Positions 8,584-20,036 of a stretch of DNA of 33,353 nt are shown piece after piece (within the stretch, counting starts at the first letter, position 1; every line of letters begins with the position of its first letter). The stretch lies in NCBI GenBank assembly GCA_050301675.1, contig JBNKZP010000001.1, positions 1 through 33,353 on the forward strand, written 5' to 3'. The translations under genes were made by a program, and so were the position numbers. The notes below the pieces were generated by a model. The model worked only from the letters and a program-made list of their open reading frames with translations. It ran no database searches and was not told where the DNA came from. Origin of the DNA: Puniceicoccaceae bacterium. GTDB lineage: Bacteria > Verrucomicrobiota > Verrucomicrobiia > Opitutales > Coraliomargaritaceae.

Positions 8584-8695
8584 TGCACTATTGCTCGATT
8601 CCTGCGCAATAATCGCACATTTTAAGTGCAACCAATCCGTTCTGAAAATCTTGCAACAGACCGGGGGACTTTATCTACCTTTGTTCCGTCTTTAA
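8570..8695 (+). pseudogene. vapC: Truncated VapC/PIN-domain toxin
   Basis: MKTGSALLLDSCAIIAHFKCNQSVLKILQQTGGLYLP-LFRL*: PIN N-terminal LLD(T/S) strand and LYLP, ending before the second catalytic Glu. Confidence 0.7.
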
Positions 8696-8776
8696 CAGAC
8701 CTTCAGTCTCCAGCAACTTGCGCTTGAAATCTTTGGTGCCCAAAGCCCAGCCCCGGCAAATCTTATCGAATGCCAT
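8675..8776 (-). pseudogene. Fragment of a Y1/REP-associated (RAYT-like) transposase C-terminal region
   Basis: MAFDKICRGWALGTKDFKRKLLETEGLLK; RGWxLGxxxF is recalled from long Y1 transposases of PVC bacteria, not searched. Confidence 0.5.
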
Positions 8777-8894
8777 CTACTCCCGCAAAAATATCAAAAC
8801 TTTTGGTTGCTTTCTTTGAAGCGTCGCCCACTATGCAAAGTTTTCTTTTTGCAACTCATAGTTGTTGATCACTACAAAACTTAGTTTCAGAAGC

Positions 8895-9554
8895 ATGCAA
8901 CAGTTCAAACTAAATGTCATTAATCGCGAAAAAACCGGTAGCGGTGTTGCCCGGCGCCTTCGTGCAGAGGGTAAAATACCGGCTTGTATCTACAGTAAGG
9001 GAAATTCACGATCAATCTCTCTGTCCGCAGTTGAATTTCGCGAGCTAAGACGTTCTTTTAGTGGCGCAGCGCTTATTGAACTGGTCGACGAAAAAGGTGA
9101 GACAGCGCTTACTCATATACAGGAAATTCAGCGCAACATCATCAAACGCAGCATTGATCATATTGACTTTCATGAAGTTGCTCGTGGTGAAACTTTTACT
9201 GCCAGTATACCCGTGCATCTTGTTGGCGAAAGTGAATCGATTGGTGTGCGTAAAGAGGGCGGTATTCTCGACCATAAAACACACAACCTGGAAATTCGTT
9301 GTGTTCCGGCAAAACTGCCGGATCGTATTGATGTAAATGTCAGAGAACTCGCAGTTGGCGAAGCAATTCATGTCAGCGATCTTGAGGTTTTGGAGGGCGT
9401 TGAATACATGGATACACCTTCCATGGTGATTGTCTCCTGTCAGTTGCCGACAGTAGTTGCTCAGGATACAGATGAAACCGAAGAAGAGAGTCTTTCACCC
9501 GACGAGGTTCCTGCCTCCAGGGTTAAAAGTGATGATGCGGCTGAATCTGAATAA
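8895..9554 (+). CDS. rplY: 50S ribosomal protein L25/Ctc (long form)
   Basis: REKTGSGVARRLRAEGKIPACIYS, HIDFHEV, IHVSDL, acidic tail; start ATG 8895. Confidence 0.95.
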   Translation: MQQFKLNVINREKTGSGVARRLRAEGKIPACIYSKGNSRSISLSAVEFRELRRSFSGAALIELVDEKGETALTHIQEIQRNIIKRSIDHIDFHEVARGETFTASIPVHLVGESESIGVRKEGGILDHKTHNLEIRCVPAKLPDRIDVNVRELAVGEAIHVSDLEVLEGVEYMDTPSMVIVSCQLPTVVAQDTDETEEESLSPDEVPASRVKSDDAAESE

Positions 9555-9607
9555 AACCGAGTAACTTACCTGACCGAAATTTAACACTTTTCTTTGTTCT
9601 TTCTAAA

Positions 9608-10210
9608 ATGTCCATAGCGGTTATTGCCGGCCTTGGAAATCCGGGTTTTAGATACCGCAACACTCGCCATAACATAGGCTTTTCAATCGTCAATTCACTC
9701 GCCAAATCGTTTGGTGCAAAGTGGAAGATAGAAAATCGCTTCGAAGCAAAAACAGCGTCTATCGTCTATCAAAATCAAGAGTTTTTGCTGGTAAAGCCAC
9801 AGACTTTTATGAATGAAAGTGGCCGTTCGCTCAAAGCCGTCCTTCAATATAAAAAGTTGCCGACTACTGCGCTCCTGATTATTTACGACGATATAACTCT
9901 CGAGCTTGGGCGTCCTAAACTCAGCGCCAGCGGCAGCGCCGGTGGCCACAATGGTATTATTGACATTCTCTCAAAAATTGAACCAAACTTCTTGCGCTAT
10001 CGAATCGGTATTGGTTCAAAGCCGCACAAAGAAATAAGTCTTGCCGACTATGTCTTAAGTAAATTTTCATCATATGAACAAAAAATTCTAGCAGATCAGA
10101 TCCCGATATATCTTGAACATCTCCGGCTCATTATTGACAAAGGACCTGCACTTGCTATGAACCTTATTAATCAACGCACAGCACCGACGCATGAGCGCAA
10201 TAACAAATAA
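9608..10210 (+). CDS. pth: Peptidyl-tRNA hydrolase
   Basis: GLGNPG..YRNTRHNIGF, KPQTFMNESG, GSAGGHNG, RIGIG. Confidence 0.97.
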   Translation: MSIAVIAGLGNPGFRYRNTRHNIGFSIVNSLAKSFGAKWKIENRFEAKTASIVYQNQEFLLVKPQTFMNESGRSLKAVLQYKKLPTTALLIIYDDITLELGRPKLSASGSAGGHNGIIDILSKIEPNFLRYRIGIGSKPHKEISLADYVLSKFSSYEQKILADQIPIYLEHLRLIIDKGPALAMNLINQRTAPTHERNNK

Positions 10211-10490
10211 AAACTATAAAACTACTTTTATTCTGGACCTCCGCGAATCAAAAGACGATTCCGCTAAGGTACTGACTGAATTGACCAAACTGTTGGAATC
10301 ATTGGACGCAACGGTGTCCGAAGGTAACGATCTGGGCATGCGAGAGTTTGCCCGCGCGGCGGATCATCGCTTCAATCAAGGTCATTATCTGGAAATTTAT
10401 TTCAGCAGTCCCAGTATGGTTCCAGCGCAGTTCAAAGAAAAATTGCGCCTGGATAAGCGTATAAACAGGATTTTTATTGAGTCGGTTTGA
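10191..10490 (+). CDS. rpsF: 30S ribosomal protein S6
   Basis: 99 aa, YKTTFILD...LGMREFAR...GHY...LRLDKRINR; lies between pth and ssb. Confidence 0.9.
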   Translation: MSAITNKNYKTTFILDLRESKDDSAKVLTELTKLLESLDATVSEGNDLGMREFARAADHRFNQGHYLEIYFSSPSMVPAQFKEKLRLDKRINRIFIESV

Positions 10491-10535
10491 TCTGTCGCCG
10501 AGTTTTGTATGATTTTTATCGAAATGAGATAAAGA

Positions 10536-11006
10536 ATGGCTTCTTTTAACAAAGTTATCCTGATCGGCAATCTGACGCGTGATCCTGAGTTGCGGGTAAC
10601 TGCCAATGGCAACTCTATTTGCAAGCTGGGTCTCGCTGTTAATCGCGCTTACATGACCAAAGAAGGAGAGCGACGTGAAGAAACAACATTTATCGACATT
10701 GATGCATTCGGCAAACAAGCTGAAGTAATCAGCAAATATATGCGCAAAGGTCGTGGGCTCATGGTCGAAGGGCGCCTGAAATTGGATCAATGGGAGCAGG
10801 AAGGGCAAAAGCGCAGCAAGCTGTGTGTCGTTCTTGAAAGCTTCCAATTCCTGGGTGGGCGCGATGACTCAGACTCCACTTCAGGAGACGGATATGAACA
10901 AAGTTCACCACCGGTGCGTTCCGAACCATCTTCGGTAAAATCAGAAAACACAGAAACAAATTTTTCAAATGATGAGGACACGCTTGAGGATGACGTGCCC
11001 TTTTAA
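10536..11006 (+). CDS. ssb: Single-stranded DNA-binding protein
   Basis: NKVILIGNLTRDPELR, VEGRL, C-terminal EDDVPF. Confidence 0.97.
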   Translation: MASFNKVILIGNLTRDPELRVTANGNSICKLGLAVNRAYMTKEGERREETTFIDIDAFGKQAEVISKYMRKGRGLMVEGRLKLDQWEQEGQKRSKLCVVLESFQFLGGRDDSDSTSGDGYEQSSPPVRSEPSSVKSENTETNFSNDEDTLEDDVPF

Positions 11007-11038
11007 TTTTACCCAACAATTAAACAAAAGAATATATC

Positions 11039-11542
11039 ATGGCTAACTCTCAAGTGCTTCTTCTTGACCCTGTTGAAGGTCTCGGCGCCGAAGGCGATAC
11101 AGTAACCGTTCGTGCTGGCTATGCCCGTAATTATTTACTGCCGTACAAAAAGGCATTGCCTATTACCCAGGCAAATAAAAAACACATCGAATCACTGCTT
11201 AAGGCGCGTGAAATGCGTGAGCAAAAAGAACTCGAATCAGCTCAGGCGCTCGGTGGAAAGATCACAAAGATCAATCTGGCAATTGCAGTGAAAACCGGAG
11301 AAGGTGGCAAGATGTTTGGTGCAGTAACCGCCAATGACCTGATCGAACGTCTACAGGATGAAGGTATTGAACTGACCAAAAAGCAACTGGGTCTGCCACA
11401 GCCGATTAAAGAACTGGGCTCTCATCTGGCGCACATTAAGTTGCATACTGAGGTACAGGTGGATTTGAAATTTGAAGTGGTTTCTAAAAATCCAATAGAG
11501 GAAGTCGTTTCTGAAACGACCTCCGAAAAAAGCGAAGATTAG
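11039..11542 (+). CDS. rplI: 50S ribosomal protein L9
   Basis: GLGAEGDTVTVRAGYARNYLLP, GKMFGAVT. Confidence 0.97.
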   Translation: MANSQVLLLDPVEGLGAEGDTVTVRAGYARNYLLPYKKALPITQANKKHIESLLKAREMREQKELESAQALGGKITKINLAIAVKTGEGGKMFGAVTANDLIERLQDEGIELTKKQLGLPQPIKELGSHLAHIKLHTEVQVDLKFEVVSKNPIEEVVSETTSEKSED

Positions 11543-11578
11543 GCCACTTTGTGTGGTCTTTCAGACTTTGTTCGTCCT

Positions 11579-13015
11579 ATGCCGACCGAATCCTCTGATT
11601 TCGAAAACAGTCGCGGCCAAGGCACCTATCGGGCACACGAAAATTACAAATCTGATGAAATTATTCGTGTGCAGCCACACAACCTGGAGGCAGAAGAAGG
11701 TTTGCTGGCAGCCTGCCTGATTGATGGTGGACGGGAAGTACTTTCAGAGTGCATTGAGGCAAAAATTACTCCCGATTACTTTTTTAAAACCGCACATCAG
11801 GAGATATTTCGCGCGTTACTGGCACTCTACCAGACGGGTGACCCGATTGATGAAATACTGTTGCTCGACTATCTGCGCAAGCATGGTCTGGAGGAGGATG
11901 TTGGCGGTATTGCTGCCATTTATTCAATTCAGAATCGTATAGAAACTCCTGCGCATGCACGCTATTTTTCGCGCATTGTTCATGAAAAGTACTTATTGCG
12001 ACGTTTGATCCGGACATCTCGCGAGACAATTGAGGCCTGTTACGAGCAACAGGATGACATCGCTTCTTTTATCGAAAAAATCGAGCAGGACATTTTCGAA
12101 ATTGGTCGTGACCGAGTGACCGAAGGCGCTACAACGATCAGCGAGGCGCTCGATTGCGCAGTCAAAAATATTCAAGGGCTCCTCAGTGGCAAACACGATA
12201 CAACCGGTGTACTCTCCGGCTTTCGTGATCTGGATGGTATGACGTATGGATTTCATCCGGGACAAATGATTGTATTGGCGGCACGTCCTTCAGTGGGTAA
12301 GACGTCATTGGCAATGAATTTTGCCGAGCATGTTGCATTGCCAGATGGCGGTAAGCCTCCCAGAGGTGTGCTTGTATTTAGCCTGGAAATGACTTCGGAA
12401 GACTTGGCGATGCGTCTGATTTGTAGCCGTTCCAGAGTTGATATGAAACGTATTCGCGATCGCGTGGTTTCCAAGCAGGATATGGAGGAGATTACAACCG
12501 CGACAAAAGAATTAAAGCAAGCACCACTGTGGATCGACGATCATTCCAACTCGACGATTATGGATATTCGTGCAAAAGCGCGACGCTTGCATACCAAGAG
12601 TCCTTTGGGCCTGATTGTGGTCGACTATCTGCAGTTGATTCGTGGAGTGGACCAGAGAGTACTGCGTGAACAGCAAATTGCTGAAATTTCTCGAGGGATG
12701 AAGGGTATGGCAAAAGAACTGGGTCTACCGGTCGTTGTGCTCAGTCAGCTAAACCGTGAATCAGAACGAGAGAACCGTGATCCGCGACTTTCGGATTTGC
12801 GCGAGTCCGGGTCGATTGAGCAGGATGCCGACGTCGTAATGCTGTTGCATCGTCCCAAAAAACGGGATGATGACGAGGGTGTTCAGGAAGGTGCGATTCC
12901 GGGAGATACGGAACATATCCGATTGTTTATCGCAAAGCAGCGTAATGGCCCGGTAGGGGCTGTTGATCTGACATTCCTGAGGCGTTTTACCCGGTATGAA
13001 AATTTTCATCGCTAG
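11579..13015 (+). CDS. dnaB: Replicative DNA helicase
   Basis: [53 protein letters not shown]; no intein. Confidence 0.97.
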   Translation: MPTESSDFENSRGQGTYRAHENYKSDEIIRVQPHNLEAEEGLLAACLIDGGREVLSECIEAKITPDYFFKTAHQEIFRALLALYQTGDPIDEILLLDYLRKHGLEEDVGGIAAIYSIQNRIETPAHARYFSRIVHEKYLLRRLIRTSRETIEACYEQQDDIASFIEKIEQDIFEIGRDRVTEGATTISEALDCAVKNIQGLLSGKHDTTGVLSGFRDLDGMTYGFHPGQMIVLAARPSVGKTSLAMNFAEHVALPDGGKPPRGVLVFSLEMTSEDLAMRLICSRSRVDMKRIRDRVVSKQDMEEITTATKELKQAPLWIDDHSNSTIMDIRAKARRLHTKSPLGLIVVDYLQLIRGVDQRVLREQQIAEISRGMKGMAKELGLPVVVLSQLNRESERENRDPRLSDLRESGSIEQDADVVMLLHRPKKRDDDEGVQEGAIPGDTEHIRLFIAKQRNGPVGAVDLTFLRRFTRYENFHR

Positions 13016-13044
13016 ATAGCAGCAAAGTTCAAAAGTATTATCCG

Positions 13045-15432
13045 ATGCGATTTCCTAAGATTTTTTTATGCGCAGTTGTTTACCTTGAAGCTTTGCTATG
13101 CCTTCCGATTCTGTCGGCGCAAAATAATCAAACCAGTCCTGTAGTCGCTGAAGTGCGCATCGAATTTGATGGATTTCAATCCGTCAGCAAAGAACTGGCA
13201 TTAAGTAATATACAGCTGCGTGCCGGTATGGACTATAACGCGGCGCTGGTTGATCAGTCGATACGTACGCTCTACAGCACCGGGTTATTCGAATTTGTTG
13301 AGGTTCGGGTTGAGGATGCAGAAGATAATTCTGTAAATGTGATCTTCGAAGTAATGCCCAAATATACGATTAAACAGATTATTTTTGAAGGAAATCGAAA
13401 GTATTCGAAGGACCGTCTGATGGATGAAGGCGAGCTGGAGGCTGGCATCATACTGGACGAATACCAGATAAGTGAGGCAGCTTCAAAAATCAAAGCCTAC
13501 TATGTAAAAAAAGGCTACACCGATGCGACGGTTGATTATCGAATCCAGCGCGACAGGGTAACCGGTAAGGCAGTTGTCATTTTTGATATTGATGAGGGCA
13601 ATAACGTTCGGATCAAAGGTTTGTCTTTCGAAGGGAATGAGGTTTTTAAGGATGGGAAGCTCGCCAAAGTATTTGAAACGAAAAAGCGGAACTGGCTTTC
13701 CTGGCTCACCGGCTCCGGTCGTTTCGACGAGTTTAAATTCAGGGAAGATCTTGAGTTGTTGCGTGAATTTTATCGCAGTCGTGGCTACCTGGATGTAGTG
13801 GTCGACGAAGATGCTGTAGATCTCGATTTTAAAACGACTCGAGATCTGTACATTACAATTCATATCAAAGAAGGAGAACAGTATTTTCTGGGAGATTTAT
13901 CCGTCGAAAATGCAACGATTTTTACAAGTGGAGAGTTGTTGGGCACTGTGGAGGTTGAGGCAGGCGACCCGTTTTCACCTGAAGCGATCGACGAGGCTGC
14001 ATCTGATGTTCGTGACTACTATACATCCCGTGGCTATCTCAATACAAACGTGCGTGTCGAGCGCATACCGAATATGAGCACGCGTGCGATTGATATTGTT
14101 TTTAGCATACGCGAAAGCGAGAAATTCTATGTAGAATCCATTAATGTTGAGGGCAATACCATAACCAAAACGCGTGTGATCATCCGAGAATTAGCGCTGC
14201 GACCAGGCGATGTCTTTGATCTAAAGCGTATGGAAACCAGCGAAAATCGTCTGAGAAACACACGCTTTTTTGAAGCAGTTCGTCTGAGCCCGGAATATAC
14301 CAATATTCCCGGACGTCGTGATCTCAGTATTGTCGTTAGTGAGGGACGTACAGGAAATCTTACATTTGGCGCCGGATTTGGCTCGGTTGAGCGAGCAGTG
14401 GTGTTTTTCGAATTGGCACAAGGTAATTTCGATCTGTTCAACTGGCGTTCAGGTTTTCGCGGAGACGGACAGAAACTTCGCTTTCGTGCATCCTTTGGCA
14501 ACGTCAGCAGCCAAATCCTGCTTTCTTTTGAGGAGCCTTGGCTGTTTGAGCAGCGACTAGCTTTCGGGACTGATATATTTCGTACAGAGTCAGACTTTAA
14601 CAGCAGTGATTTCAACGAACTGCGCACTGGTTTCGAAATGTACCTGCGCCGACGGCTCTTCGAGCTGGTCGAGGCGCGGATGTCTTACCGCTATGAAGTT
14701 GTGGAAATTTTCGATGTTAATTTTGGTGTAAGCCAGACTGGAGAGCCGGATCGAGAGGACGGGTCGCGCCCCAACGATAATATCGCGGATGTGTACCAGG
14801 CCGCGGATGGCAGAAAAGATACGATTTCCAAGGCTGGTTTTACTCTGCTGCGGGATACGCGTAATTCATTCCTTTTCACGCGCAGAGGAAATCGAACTTC
14901 ACTTGCGTCGGAACTGGCAGGACTAGGAGGTGATTTCAATTATTTGAAGCTGGAAGCGCGCACGGCACAATTTATCCCGACCTTTGATCATCTTGAGCAG
15001 ACGTTATCTATTATTGGGCGTATTGGCACAGTTTCGCCTTATGGAAGCAGCGATGAAGTCCCGTTTTATGATCGTTTTTATCTTGGTGGCCCCGAAAGCC
15101 TTCGCGGATTTGATTTTCGTGACGTTAGTCCTCGCGATGATGATGACCCAAGTGAATCGATTGGAGGCAATAGCTATGGGCTAATTTCTTTTGAATATGG
15201 GTTTAGAATTGCGGAACCTTTAGGTTTGGTTGCTTTCTATGATTTAGGTTTTGTCAATGAATCAGACTACAACTTCAGTTTTTCAGACTATGCTTCGAAT
15301 TGGGGGATTGGGGCGCGTATCCTGCTAATGGGGTCACCCTTAAAACTGGATTTGGGGTTTCCCATCGCAACGCCTGGATACATTGACGATGATGGAGCGC
15401 AGTTTAACTTTTCATTTGGTACACGGTTTTAG
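13045..15432 (+). CDS. bamA: Outer membrane protein assembly factor BamA
   Basis: Signal peptide, POTRA repeats, [13 protein letters not shown]-terminal FSFGTRF. Confidence 0.96.
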   Translation: MRFPKIFLCAVVYLEALLCLPILSAQNNQTSPVVAEVRIEFDGFQSVSKELALSNIQLRAGMDYNAALVDQSIRTLYSTGLFEFVEVRVEDAEDNSVNVIFEVMPKYTIKQIIFEGNRKYSKDRLMDEGELEAGIILDEYQISEAASKIKAYYVKKGYTDATVDYRIQRDRVTGKAVVIFDIDEGNNVRIKGLSFEGNEVFKDGKLAKVFETKKRNWLSWLTGSGRFDEFKFREDLELLREFYRSRGYLDVVVDEDAVDLDFKTTRDLYITIHIKEGEQYFLGDLSVENATIFTSGELLGTVEVEAGDPFSPEAIDEAASDVRDYYTSRGYLNTNVRVERIPNMSTRAIDIVFSIRESEKFYVESINVEGNTITKTRVIIRELALRPGDVFDLKRMETSENRLRNTRFFEAVRLSPEYTNIPGRRDLSIVVSEGRTGNLTFGAGFGSVERAVVFFELAQGNFDLFNWRSGFRGDGQKLRFRASFGNVSSQILLSFEEPWLFEQRLAFGTDIFRTESDFNSSDFNELRTGFEMYLRRRLFELVEARMSYRYEVVEIFDVNFGVSQTGEPDREDGSRPNDNIADVYQAADGRKDTISKAGFTLLRDTRNSFLFTRRGNRTSLASELAGLGGDFNYLKLEARTAQFIPTFDHLEQTLSIIGRIGTVSPYGSSDEVPFYDRFYLGGPESLRGFDFRDVSPRDDDDPSESIGGNSYGLISFEYGFRIAEPLGLVAFYDLGFVNESDYNFSFSDYASNWGIGARILLMGSPLKLDLGFPIATPGYIDDDGAQFNFSFGTRF

Positions 15433-15474
15433 CATTGCCAATGTTCAAGCATCAATTAACACAAACTAGATTAT

Positions 15475-16017
15475 ATGAAAAAAATAACACTATTATTCCT
15501 TACTACAATTTTCTGTACTGTTGGTCTCTTTGCTCAAAAGACCCCAGTTGTGGCGACTGTTGATATTAAACGGGTTCTAAATGACTATAACAACTTTCAA
15601 GCAGCTGTTGAGAAGATCAAAAGCTCTGTTGAGCCTGTCGAAGAAGAGATGAAGAAAATGCAGGAAAACGTCCAGGCGATCGTCAGCAAGGGGCGCGACC
15701 TTGAAGCAGAGATAGAAAACCCCTCCCTCGATGAAGAGCGGAAAGCAGAAGCAAGAGTAGAAATTGCTGAACTTAAAGCACAATTGCAAGCTGCACAGGT
15801 AGAGTTGCAGCAGTTTCGCCAACAGGCACAACAACTCGCGAAACAAGGCCAGCAGGAAGACCTCGCTCCTCTCCAGCAGAAAGCTGTCGAGGCAGTCAAG
15901 CAGGTAGCTACGGACAAGGGGATTGATATTGTCCTTCCATCAAATGCTGTCGTATTTTCGGCTGATGAACTGGAGATTACAGATTCTGTGATTGCGGTTC
16001 TCAATGCCAGTGAGTAA
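15475..16017 (+). CDS. skp: Periplasmic chaperone Skp/OmpH
   Basis: Signal peptide, VATVD, coiled coil, EITDSVIAVLN; lies between bamA and lpxD. Confidence 0.92.
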   Translation: MKKITLLFLTTIFCTVGLFAQKTPVVATVDIKRVLNDYNNFQAAVEKIKSSVEPVEEEMKKMQENVQAIVSKGRDLEAEIENPSLDEERKAEARVEIAELKAQLQAAQVELQQFRQQAQQLAKQGQQEDLAPLQQKAVEAVKQVATDKGIDIVLPSNAVVFSADELEITDSVIAVLNASE

Positions 16018-16042
16018 ATTTTCGCGGATTTTATTTTCAAAG

Positions 16043-16072
16043 AACCCTGTTCTATTTTGAACAGGGTTTTTT
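16043..16072 (+). terminator. Intrinsic terminator between skp and lpxD
   Basis: AACCCTGTTC-TATTTT-GAACAGGGTT stem-loop followed by a T run. Confidence 0.75.
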
Positions 16073-16092
16073 AGTTTGTTAGCTTTATTGTC

Positions 16093-17154
16093 ATGTCTTT
16101 CACCTATTCAATTGAACGTATTCTGGAAATCGTTGATCAGGATGCAGAACATATAGGTGATTACACCGGAGAAATTGTTGGAATTGCTTCTCTCTCCAAG
16201 GCCGTAGAAGGTGATTTATCTTTCCTGGGCAATCCAAAATATGTTGCTGAAGTAGCTTCATCCAATGCGTCGGTATTACTTTTGCCAAAGGGCTATGTGG
16301 GAGAACCCAAAAAAGAGCAACTATACGTTAAGCTAGAGAATCCTTCGTATGCACTGGCGCTCTTATGCCGGGATATTGAAAAAAGTCTATTTCCTCCGGC
16401 GACTCCCGGAGTGCATCCAACTGCAGTTGTTGATGAAGAAGCGGAAGTCTCGGCAACTGCATCTATCGGGCCTTTTTGTTATATTAGCAAAGGTGCGGTC
16501 ATTCATGATTCCGTAGTGCTGGAGTCCCATGTCAGCATTGGACGGTATGTAGAAATCGGCAGCGAAACACATATTTTTCCACGGGTTGTTTTAGGTGATT
16601 ACTGTCGAGTGGGAGTACGTAACCGGCTATATTCAGGTTGTGTAATTGGCTCCGATGGCTATGGTTACGAATTCCACGAGGGCGCACATCAACGTGTCCC
16701 ACAGATTGGCAATGTTGTTACCGAATCAGATGTTGATATTGGGGCCAATACGACAGTTGACCGTGCTCGGTTCGGCTCCACATGGATTGGAAAAGGAACC
16801 AAAATTGATAATCAGGTGCAGATTGCTCACAATGTCAAAATCGGCAAGAACTGTCTGATCGTTGCTCAGGTGGGAATTAGTGGTAGCACTCTTTTAGGCG
16901 ATGGTGTTGTCCTCGCCGGTCAGGTGGGCGTTGCCGGTCATCTGGAACTGGGCTCCGGTGCAATCGTCGCCGGCGCTTCTTCGGTGAGTCGATCACTTAA
17001 GCCAAATGAAAAGGTTCGTGGTCTAAATGGCGATCCAACTGTACTTTATGGACGTATCGCTATATTGCAAAGACGTCTGCCGGAGTTGTTTAAACGATTT
17101 TCCAAACTTGAAAAAAGCGTCGAATCCCTTAAGAAAAGTCGCGCAACCCAATGA
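16093..17154 (+). CDS. lpxD: UDP-3-O-(3-hydroxyacyl)glucosamine N-acyltransferase
   Basis: LSFLGNPKY, hexapeptide repeats, IGSDGYGY, IGANTTVDR, KIDNQVQIAHNV. Confidence 0.96.
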   Translation: MSFTYSIERILEIVDQDAEHIGDYTGEIVGIASLSKAVEGDLSFLGNPKYVAEVASSNASVLLLPKGYVGEPKKEQLYVKLENPSYALALLCRDIEKSLFPPATPGVHPTAVVDEEAEVSATASIGPFCYISKGAVIHDSVVLESHVSIGRYVEIGSETHIFPRVVLGDYCRVGVRNRLYSGCVIGSDGYGYEFHEGAHQRVPQIGNVVTESDVDIGANTTVDRARFGSTWIGKGTKIDNQVQIAHNVKIGKNCLIVAQVGISGSTLLGDGVVLAGQVGVAGHLELGSGAIVAGASSVSRSLKPNEKVRGLNGDPTVLYGRIAILQRRLPELFKRFSKLEKSVESLKKSRATQ

Positions 17155-17160
17155 CTCAAT

Positions 17161-18111
<951 letters not shown>

Positions 18112-18174
18112 GAGTGCAGGTTGCAGTCAGACATTACAGCAAGGAATATAATCATTCGTGCAAATTTTAATGCT

Positions 18175-19314
18175 ATGAACGATTCTGAATCAGGGCAACA
18201 AGTGCTGGAAGAGGGTGAAGTCGGACTTGTTGAGTACCAGGACTTTGTTCTGGATAAACCGTTTTACTTTGAGTCCGGAGGCTCCATTCCGCAACTGACC
18301 TTGCGTTATGAAACCTACGGTCGTCTTAATGCTGCCAAAGACAACGCAATTTTGATATGCCATGCACTTACGGGCAATCACCATTGCGCAGGCGCTTATT
18401 CCATGGATGAACGAAAACGAGGTTGGTGGAATTTTGTCGTCGGGCCCGGCAAAACAATTGATACCTCACGCTATTTCGTTATCTGCTCAAATGTATTGGG
18501 TGGTTGTTCGGGATCTTCAGGGCCGACCTCAATCAATCCACAGACAGGTGAGTTATACCGTCTGGAATTTCCAAGACTTACCATTGGTGATATGGTAAAA
18601 GCCCAGAGCTTATTGCTAGATTCCCTTGGATTAGAGCGCTTACATGCTGTGATTGGGGGCAGCATGGGTGGGATGCAGGCGCTTCAGTGGACGATTGATT
18701 TTCCCGAACGGGTAGATCGTTACATTGCTCTAGCTTGTTGCGCACGTCATAGCGCTCAGGCTATTGCTTTCAACGATACAGGACGTCAGGCAATTTTACG
18801 GGATCCGTCGTGGAACAAAGGCAATTATGATTTGGAGCAGCAGCCTGCCCAAGGTTTGTCCGTAGCCAGAATGATGGCTCATATTACTTACCTTTCTGAT
18901 GCAGGCATGGAGGCAAAGTTTGGCCGCAAGCGCCGGGCTTCAGAAGAAAGTAGAGAACATTTTGATGTTGAATTTGAGGTAGAGAGCTACCTGCGCTATC
19001 AAGGTGAGAGCTTTGTCTCGCGATTTGATGCGAATACTTACCTCTACCTGACCAAAGCGCTGGATCGTTTTGATCTTCACAACCCGGTTTCACTGGAAGA
19101 TACGCTTGCACCCGTCAACTCGTCAGGACTTGTCGTTGGTTTTACCTCAGACTGGTTGTATCCTCCGCAAGGCAATAAAGAAATTGTTCAAGCGCTCTTA
19201 CGCCTGGGCAAAGATGCCACTTATGCGGAAATTGCAGTGGATTTCGGACACGATTCATTTCTAGTGCATTCGCCGGAACTTTATGCACTTATTCAGACAT
19301 TTCTGGATCGATAA
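18175..19314 (+). CDS. metX: Homoserine O-acetyltransferase
   Basis: ICHALTG, GGSMGGMQ nucleophile motif, RFDANTY, GHDSFL; start ATG 18175. Confidence 0.95.
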   Translation: MNDSESGQQVLEEGEVGLVEYQDFVLDKPFYFESGGSIPQLTLRYETYGRLNAAKDNAILICHALTGNHHCAGAYSMDERKRGWWNFVVGPGKTIDTSRYFVICSNVLGGCSGSSGPTSINPQTGELYRLEFPRLTIGDMVKAQSLLLDSLGLERLHAVIGGSMGGMQALQWTIDFPERVDRYIALACCARHSAQAIAFNDTGRQAILRDPSWNKGNYDLEQQPAQGLSVARMMAHITYLSDAGMEAKFGRKRRASEESREHFDVEFEVESYLRYQGESFVSRFDANTYLYLTKALDRFDLHNPVSLEDTLAPVNSSGLVVGFTSDWLYPPQGNKEIVQALLRLGKDATYAEIAVDFGHDSFLVHSPELYALIQTFLDR

Positions 19315-19316
19315 TT

Positions 19317-19928
19317 ATGGAATCAAAGAGTAGAAAGCGCCAGATTGATGCCAATGTCATCGCCCGATGGGTTAATGAGGGAGATCGGGTTTTGGATCTG
19401 GGCTGCGGACGCGGTGTTTTGCTGGAGTACCTGAAACAGAAAAAATCAATTTATGGTGTTGGTGTAGACATCAACTTCGATTACATACTGAGTTGTGTCA
19501 AGCGTGGCGTAACTGCCTACCATGGTGATATTCGTCAGCTGCTGACGGAATTTGAGAACGATACGTTTGATCGTGTCATATTCAGCCGGTCGGTGGAATT
19601 TGTGAACGACCCTGACATCATCCTGGCCGAAGGTCTGCGCGTCGGCAAGCGCGTGACTGTTGGCTTTCTGAATTATGCATTCTGGAAAAACCGATTAAAG
19701 TTTTTCCTCAAAGGCCGTCGACTTATAATCAAAGATTTGCAGCAGCGTGCTTGGTTTGAGACACAGCGTTCAAATCCGTTTTCAGTGAGCGAGTTCGATG
19801 AATTTTGTAACTTGCGGAATATTAAGATCGTGAATCGAACATATCTCTCTGGCGATTTGCAATCAGAGTGTACAGTCTTGCCCAACCTTTTTGCGAGTTA
19901 TGCAATTTATGATTTGGCTCATTCTTAA
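19317..19928 (+). CDS. metW: Methionine biosynthesis protein MetW
   Basis: VLDLGCGRG SAM-binding motif; immediately follows metX. Confidence 0.9.
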   Translation: MESKSRKRQIDANVIARWVNEGDRVLDLGCGRGVLLEYLKQKKSIYGVGVDINFDYILSCVKRGVTAYHGDIRQLLTEFENDTFDRVIFSRSVEFVNDPDIILAEGLRVGKRVTVGFLNYAFWKNRLKFFLKGRRLIIKDLQQRAWFETQRSNPFSVSEFDEFCNLRNIKIVNRTYLSGDLQSECTVLPNLFASYAIYDLAHS

Positions 19929-20036
19929 TAAAAGTTCCCTACTTGACAAGGAAACCCTCTTGATCTTTTAAAAATAGGATTCACTCCCAAACAAATCAGT
20001 TTACTTTCAAACCCAGTTACACATCTATCAAGTGCC

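Noticed and set aside
6895-8800. Classical integron or CALIN
   Set aside because: No tyrosine integrase and no convincing RYYYAAC...GTTRRRY attC boxes found by eye.
10299-10847. Long antisense ORFs (182 aa here; also 14127-14627, 28431-28907, 30533-31042)
   Set aside because: Shadow frames opposite well-conserved genes, with no recognisable motifs.
11579-13015. Intein in DnaB
   Set aside because: Normal length and continuous helicase motifs.
18112-18174. SAM riboswitch upstream of metX
   Set aside because: The gap is only about 60 bp and has no recognisable aptamer core.
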